Positions 58,876 through 64,000 of a stretch of 64,000 nucleotides of DNA are shown piece by piece; the first letter of the stretch is position 1, and each line of letters starts with the position of its first letter. The position numbers and the translations under genes are program-made. The notes under the pieces were generated by a model. The model ran no database searches, had not been told where the DNA came from, and saw nothing but the letters and a program-made list of their open reading frames with translations. This stretch comes from Spirochaetota bacterium (GTDB lineage: Bacteria; Spirochaetota; UBA4802; JAFGJZ01), in assembly GCA_016928815.1 (NCBI GenBank), contig JAFGJZ010000167.1:478-64477 (forward strand). The letters are read 5' to 3'.

Positions 58876-60192
58876 TTGCTTAAGAAAATTAAAGATTCTG
58901 CCGTATTTATACCTATAGGAGGTATTATTATGTCTTATATTTACTCAAAGAAACACTTACAGGCTTCTGTATTAATCATAATTTTAACTTGTCTGGTATT
59001 TTCAAATAAATTATTTTCAAATACTTTTGAAGTGTCTGACACTCCTAAAAATTTAAAAACGCCTATTAATTCAAAAGTAAACGACTTTGCTCCTACATTC
59101 AGTGCAGACGGGAAAATCATGATTTTTAATTCAAATCGAAACGGGAAATACCAGGATCTTTTCATTTCATATAACACTAATGGAAAATGGTCAACACCGG
59201 CACCAATTATGGAATTAAATTCTCCCTACAACGATGAAACACCATTTATAACTTATGATGGTAATCTGATGGTAATATTTTTCTCTTCTGACAGAGATGG
59301 AAGCATTGAAACACCGGCGGATGAACAAGGTCAGCATAAAGTTTCGTTTGATATCTATTTTTCAATATTTGAAAATCAGAAATGGAGTACTCCCCAGCCC
59401 GTACCAGGTGAAGTAAACACGGTGAATCATGAAAAATATCCATCATTGAGCAAAGACAATAAAACACTATATTATTCAACATGGGAATTCGGAAAAGGCA
59501 ACAAAGAGAATCTTCTGGTTCAGGCTACATACTCTGAGGAAGGATTCATTAATCGTAAAGCTCTTCCTGAACCATTTAACAAAGGTTACCTTGATTATGC
59601 CTTATTCCCTGCTGAAGATTTGGGTGGATTTTTTGTTTCTTCCACCGGACCGGATTCAATCGGAGGTTTTGATCTCTATTTTGTTCCGTATAAAAACGGC
59701 AAATTCGGAAAAAAAGAAAATCTTGGAAAAATAATAAACAGCAAAGGCAGCGAGATATCTCTGACCCGCATTGAACAGCAGTATTTTTTCTGCTCAATGC
59801 GGGAAGATTCTCTGGGTGAATTTGATATTTATTCATCATTCATATTTCAGGATGAAAATTTTGAAACAAGAGCCATTCTATTTGATTATAATTCGGACGT
59901 CATTAAAGAAGAATCTTTTGATTACCTTAATGCATTATCTAAATATCTTTCAAACAACCCGAAGATAAATCTTGAAATAATCGGTCATACTGATCTGCAC
60001 GGATCAGATGAATTCAATCTGGATCTAAGCAAACGGAGAGCGGAATCAGTTAAAAACTATCTCGTATCAAAAGGAATAAATGCTTCCAGATTAACATTAA
60101 AAGGTGCCGGTAAAAAATATCCTGTGATCAATGAAATTGGTGAAGGATATGATGAATTCAACAGGAGAACTGAATTTAAGATTAAAAAATAA
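58876..60192 (+). CDS. OmpA-family protein with N-terminal TolB-like (PD40) beta-propeller repeats
   Basis: PD40-like repeats (NDFAPTFSADGKIMIFNSNRNG, NDETPFITYDGNLMVIFFSSDRDG, HEKYPSLSKDNKTLYYST). C-terminal OmpA domain (ILFDYNSDVI…LEIIGHTDLHGSDEFNLDLSKRRAESVKNYL…NRRTEFKI). The true start is probably the internal Met near 58930 (MSYIYSKKHLQASVLIIILTCLVFS, a signal peptide). Confidence 0.75.
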   Translation: MLKKIKDSAVFIPIGGIIMSYIYSKKHLQASVLIIILTCLVFSNKLFSNTFEVSDTPKNLKTPINSKVNDFAPTFSADGKIMIFNSNRNGKYQDLFISYNTNGKWSTPAPIMELNSPYNDETPFITYDGNLMVIFFSSDRDGSIETPADEQGQHKVSFDIYFSIFENQKWSTPQPVPGEVNTVNHEKYPSLSKDNKTLYYSTWEFGKGNKENLLVQATYSEEGFINRKALPEPFNKGYLDYALFPAEDLGGFFVSSTGPDSIGGFDLYFVPYKNGKFGKKENLGKIINSKGSEISLTRIEQQYFFCSMREDSLGEFDIYSSFIFQDENFETRAILFDYNSDVIKEESFDYLNALSKYLSNNPKINLEIIGHTDLHGSDEFNLDLSKRRAESVKNYLVSKGINASRLTLKGAGKKYPVINEIGEGYDEFNRRTEFKIKK

Positions 60193-60194
60193 AT

Positions 60195-60674
60195 TTATCT
60201 TCGCATAAAAAGTTTATCACCGGCTAATGCATGACATGCTGCTATTGCGGCAGCATCTGCAGCATCATCCGGTTTCGGACATTCCTTTAAATTGAATATT
60301 TTCTGAATAACAAACTGCATCTGCTTTTTGTCCGCGCGGCCGTATCCGGTTAAGGCCTGCTTTATCTGCAGAGGGGTATATTCACGGAAAGGTACGCCAT
60401 AAATTCTAAAAAGAAGTAAGACAACACCAATTGCTTTCATTACATCCATAACGGTATTGGTGTTTTTTGCAAAAAACAATTTCTCTATAGCTGCTGAGTC
60501 CGGCTGGTATTTTTGCAGAATTGAATTTAATTCTGTATAAATAATAAAAAGTCTTTCATCAATCGGCATGCCAGGGGGAGTCTCAATTGTTCCATAATCA
60601 TAAAGTTTAATAGAATCTTCAATTACAGACCATCCGAGAATCCCGTATCCCGGGTCGATACCGATAATTTTCAT
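60195..60674 (-). CDS. ruvC: Crossover junction endodeoxyribonuclease RuvC
   Basis: MKIIGIDPGYGILGWSVIE (catalytic Asp7). C-terminal …DAADAAAIAACH. 159 aa. Confidence 0.9.
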   Translation of the reverse strand: MKIIGIDPGYGILGWSVIEDSIKLYDYGTIETPPGMPIDERLFIIYTELNSILQKYQPDSAAIEKLFFAKNTNTVMDVMKAIGVVLLLFRIYGVPFREYTPLQIKQALTGYGRADKKQMQFVIQKIFNLKECPKPDDAADAAAIAACHALAGDKLFMRR

Positions 60675-61426
60675 CCCTGAAGTTTATCTAAAATTTCATC
60701 GGAAATGTCATAATTCCCATAAACGTTCTGAACGTCATCATGATCCTCAAGAGCCTCCACAAGTCTCAGACACTGCTCAGCACGTTTTTCATCCAGTTCA
60801 ACTGTTGTCTGCGGAATGTAAGTTATTTCGGAATTAGATGTTTTAAATCCTTTTGCACTTATTGCATCATTAACATCATTAAAGCAATCAGGAGAACATG
60901 TAACAGAAATAGAGCCATCATCATTTGTTTCAATTTCATCGACATCAAAATCAAGAAGTATTTCCATAAGATCATCTTCAGTTGTCTGTTCAGGTTCAAT
61001 CAGAATTGATCCTTTTTTATCAAACATAAAAGCAACACAGCCGCTTTCTCCGAGATTTCCTCCGTTTTTACCGAAAATTGTCCGGATTTCAGGAAAAGTT
61101 CTATTCCTGTTGTCTGTAATAACATCAACCATCAAAGCTGTCCCGCCTGGTGCATATCCTTCATATCTTATTTCCTCATAGACAACTCCATCCAGCTTAC
61201 CTGCTGCTTTCGCAATTGCTCTCTCAATATTGTCCAGAGGCATATTATTTTCTTTTGCTTTAATAATCGCAGTTCTCAGGCGCGGATTGGAATTCGGGTC
61301 ATCACCGCCGCCGTTTTTAACCGAAACAGTAATTTCTCTGATAATTTTTGTAAATATAGCGCCTCTTTTGGCATCATTTGCGCCTTTTTTCCGTTTAATC
61401 GTAGACCACTTATTATGACCTGACAT
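60671..61426 (-). CDS. yebC: YebC/PmpR-family transcriptional regulator
   Basis: MSGHNKWSTIKRKKGANDAKRGAIFTKIIREI, the canonical YebC N-terminus. 4-nt overlap with ruvC. Confidence 0.9.
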   Translation of the reverse strand: MSGHNKWSTIKRKKGANDAKRGAIFTKIIREITVSVKNGGGDDPNSNPRLRTAIIKAKENNMPLDNIERAIAKAAGKLDGVVYEEIRYEGYAPGGTALMVDVITDNRNRTFPEIRTIFGKNGGNLGESGCVAFMFDKKGSILIEPEQTTEDDLMEILLDFDVDEIETNDDGSISVTCSPDCFNDVNDAISAKGFKTSNSEITYIPQTTVELDEKRAEQCLRLVEALEDHDDVQNVYGNYDISDEILDKLQG

Positions 61427-61464
61427 TCAAAACCTCTCTGTATTTTTGGTATCAGAACAATTGT

Positions 61465-62769
61465 TCAGTATCCCCTTTTTATTTTCAACTGTAATTTTAT
61501 AATTCTATTTCTGCATTCGTTTGATTTATAATCGTATTCAATGCATATTCTGTAATTTTCTATGGATTTTTCATAAGATTCCAGCTTTTCATAACAGAAT
61601 GCGGTATTATAGGTTATTTTTCCCGCATTTAATCTTGAAAATTCATAATTCAGTTCTTCCAGCTCCCGCTGCAGACGGTCGCGCTCTGTTAATTGAAATT
61701 CATACTCATTATATGTAACAAAATTTTTTTCTTTCAACAGAGATATTTTAAGTTTATTTATTTCCGTCTCAATCGTATTTATTTCAGTATATTTTTCATT
61801 TACTTTTTCCCTGATAGAATCCTGAAACTGCTTTGTTGATTCATAAGCCGAAACAGCCTGATCAAATTTCAGATTTTTAAGAAATATATCTCCGGTATAT
61901 TCATAACTTTTCGAGCGTTTATAGATCTCTTCCGCCGGAAGTGACTCGATCGCTTTACTGAAACTTTCAAGCGCAATTTCAAAATTACCGGTATTCCGAT
62001 AGGCAACACACCCGTACGCAAACCATATAAACGAATCATCACTTTTCTGCTCAAGATACAGTCTATAGTACTTCAACGTATCGAGATAGCGCCCAATCTG
62101 TTCATTAAGCCCTGCAAGCATTATGTATAATTCCAAATCATCTGTTTTTTCTGTAACTGATTCCAGATATCTTTCCAGGTGGAATATGGATTTTTTAACG
62201 AACACCGTCCTGTATAATGCTTTCCCCAGCTCCAGCGAATATTCAGAATTATCCGGATTTAAGGTATAGGCAGTTTCAAGACAATCATAATAAGCCTTCA
62301 TATCCCCGCGTCCGAGAAAGGTACGTGCAATTTCATAAAACACGATGTCGCTTTTCTTCTTTTCAATTTTCTGATACCTTAGCGCCATGTAAAAATTATT
62401 TAATGCACGGTTTGTATCCTTCATCTCAAGATAGCACTTTGCTGCGGTAAAATGAAGAAAAAACAGATTTTCATCCTCTTTTATAAAAAATAAATTATTC
62501 TTCCGGTTTCTGAACATTCTGTTCAGATCAATTGCTTCTTCAACCGAACCTATTGTGATGAAATCATTAGGGAGTCTGTCTGAAACCACATTTTCAGAAT
62601 AATAGCGTGTTAATATTTCATTTGTCTTCTGCAGCGCTTCATCAGTTTTCCCTGCAGCAGTCAGATTTTCAATCTCGGCTTTATTAAAATCAGGTGCCTG
62701 TGTCTGTGCAGATATGTCCGCAGATACAGAAAATAAAATAAGTAATAATAACAAAATATTGGTCTTCAT
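61465..62769 (-). CDS. Secreted TPR-repeat protein
   Basis: Signal peptide MKTNILLLLLILFSVSADISAQ. Multiple TPR-like helical pairs. C-terminal coiled coil. Confidence 0.55.
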   Translation of the reverse strand: MKTNILLLLLILFSVSADISAQTQAPDFNKAEIENLTAAGKTDEALQKTNEILTRYYSENVVSDRLPNDFITIGSVEEAIDLNRMFRNRKNNLFFIKEDENLFFLHFTAAKCYLEMKDTNRALNNFYMALRYQKIEKKKSDIVFYEIARTFLGRGDMKAYYDCLETAYTLNPDNSEYSLELGKALYRTVFVKKSIFHLERYLESVTEKTDDLELYIMLAGLNEQIGRYLDTLKYYRLYLEQKSDDSFIWFAYGCVAYRNTGNFEIALESFSKAIESLPAEEIYKRSKSYEYTGDIFLKNLKFDQAVSAYESTKQFQDSIREKVNEKYTEINTIETEINKLKISLLKEKNFVTYNEYEFQLTERDRLQRELEELNYEFSRLNAGKITYNTAFCYEKLESYEKSIENYRICIEYDYKSNECRNRIIKLQLKIKRGY

Positions 62770-62855
62770 AGAAATATATACCCACTTCTAATATCGTATC
62801 AAATTATTAAAAAACAAAGTAAAATTATAGAAATTGATGTAAAAGCCGAAATGAA

Positions 62856-63899
62856 CTAATCCGTATAAAAGGCTGAATTACGTATATTTTCAGGCAGGAT
62901 AATTCTCCATTTTTTCAAACCGCTGCGGCTGAATAGAAATCTGCTGTTTTCCATATAAAACGGGAAAATCGAGGAAGGCTCTTCTCCTGATAATATTTTC
63001 AAAGCAATTTCCCCGGCTTTTAATCCCTGCTCTTCTCCTGACATTATATATCCGCCGATTGTTCTGTTTCTTCCAATTGAAAAATCCCAAAAGCCGAATG
63101 GAGGAACCTTTATATTAGTTGAAGTCCAGTATATTATGTCCTGCTCGGATACATGATTACCTTTTTCATCAACTATAGTATGATATAATCCTATTATTGC
63201 GGCATCATACCCTCCCTTCTTCAATCCATTTACTGTTATTTTCCATTGGGAAAATTTTTTTATTGAATAAAGATCAACACACACATCATCTATAATTACG
63301 GAATTGTTATTATTAAAAACTTCTGATTTTATGGTTTTTGAAGTTTCACCTGCATCAAATAAAACTGCAATTTTACGAGCATTCAGCAAACTGCTGATAT
63401 ATTTAATTGATCTGAAATAATTAGGTCTCTCAAGAACACCGGTAAATTTCCTGTTAAGACCCCAAGTTCCGGATATTATCAAACGCGGATTATTATTTAT
63501 TCCCAGGTATATGACAGGTATATCGGTAGTTTCAAATTTTGGTGCCAGTAATTTAAATGCATTATCATCACACAGAAATACAAGAATGGGTTTAATTCTC
63601 TGAAACGTCTTCCACGCAAGTTCAGCCTGCTGCCTGTAACTGGATTCAGGAATACGTTTTGTGTCCATTTCAAAAAAAACAAATTTATAATTTTGTCCGA
63701 GTTTATTCCTGAGACCCTTAATATAGCTTTTATCCCATTCATATTGAGAATGATAACTTTCTATAATTAATATCGTATTAGAGTAAGAAAAAACCTTATT
63801 TGAAAATGAAAAAAGAAAAATAATTAAAAATGAAACAGCAAATATCTTTTTGTAAATATTCATATCACCCTGTCTGACTGCAATAAAACAATATAACAT
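62856..63899 (-). CDS. Periplasmic ABC_sub_bind-like (COG2984-type) solute-binding-fold protein
   Basis: N-terminal TM/signal. NTILIIESYHSQYEWDKSYIKGL…FFEMDTKR…ILVFLCDDNAF…IPVIYLGINNN resembles the uncharacterised ABC-transporter substrate-binding family often used as sensor modules. Homology is by eye only. Confidence 0.4.
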   Translation of the reverse strand: MLYCFIAVRQGDMNIYKKIFAVSFLIIFLFSFSNKVFSYSNTILIIESYHSQYEWDKSYIKGLRNKLGQNYKFVFFEMDTKRIPESSYRQQAELAWKTFQRIKPILVFLCDDNAFKLLAPKFETTDIPVIYLGINNNPRLIISGTWGLNRKFTGVLERPNYFRSIKYISSLLNARKIAVLFDAGETSKTIKSEVFNNNNSVIIDDVCVDLYSIKKFSQWKITVNGLKKGGYDAAIIGLYHTIVDEKGNHVSEQDIIYWTSTNIKVPPFGFWDFSIGRNRTIGGYIMSGEEQGLKAGEIALKILSGEEPSSIFPFYMENSRFLFSRSGLKKWRIILPENIRNSAFYTD

Positions 63900-64000
63900 A
63901 CTGCTGTCATTATTGATCGAGTAGGAGACTGACAGTTAGTTTGTCAGTCGACCTCTCACACCACCGTGCATACCGTCCGGTACACGGCGGTTTATCAACA

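Noticed and set aside
63920-63945. Similarity of GAGTAGGAGACTGACAG to the 3' end of 5S rRNA
   Set aside because: Only about 17 nt match. The upstream 100 nt are AT-rich CDS/5'UTR and cannot form 5S helices.

Overview
This is an AT-rich (about one-third GC) bacterial chromosomal segment. About 54 protein genes are densely packed on both strands. I saw no rRNA, tRNA, CRISPR array, transposase or integrase.

Recognisable housekeeping genes: tgt with a FolE2-like GTP cyclohydrolase (queuosine and folate), proA, tex, prfC, ftsK, ruvC-yebC, dut-rnj-uppP, and an HI0933-family flavoprotein.

Signal transduction and stress genes:
- a 7TM receptor fused to an RsbW/SpoIIAB-type kinase, plus two STAS anti-sigma antagonists (one with a C-terminal zinc ribbon);
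- a HisKA_2 sensor kinase;
- a GAF-sigma54 activator next to an HD-GYP phosphodiesterase;
- a tandem pair of degenerate nucleotidyl-cyclase/GGDEF-like proteins, one carrying a REC domain;
- three tandem Hsp20 genes under a perfect CIRCE (HrcA) operator;
- divergent MarR and TetR regulators with clear operator palindromes.

Cell-envelope genes include many lipoproteins, a three-gene tandem array of OMP-like paralogues, an OmpA/TolB-like protein, a flotillin-NfeD pair and a DUF2339/DUF3999-like pair.

Features I consider most worth follow-up:
- a dispersed three-copy family of about 150-aa RHH-like proteins with conserved leaders;
- the tandem cyclase-like pair within a c-di-GMP/sigma54 neighbourhood;
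- the CIRCE-controlled sHSP triplet;
- the MarR-box regulon (PLP decarboxylase plus HypA-like zinc protein);
- an FtsK lacking its membrane anchor;
- a 1405-aa activase/dehydratase fusion.

All functional calls rest on motif recognition by eye; no database search was run. Coordinates of short sites may be off by 1-2 nt.
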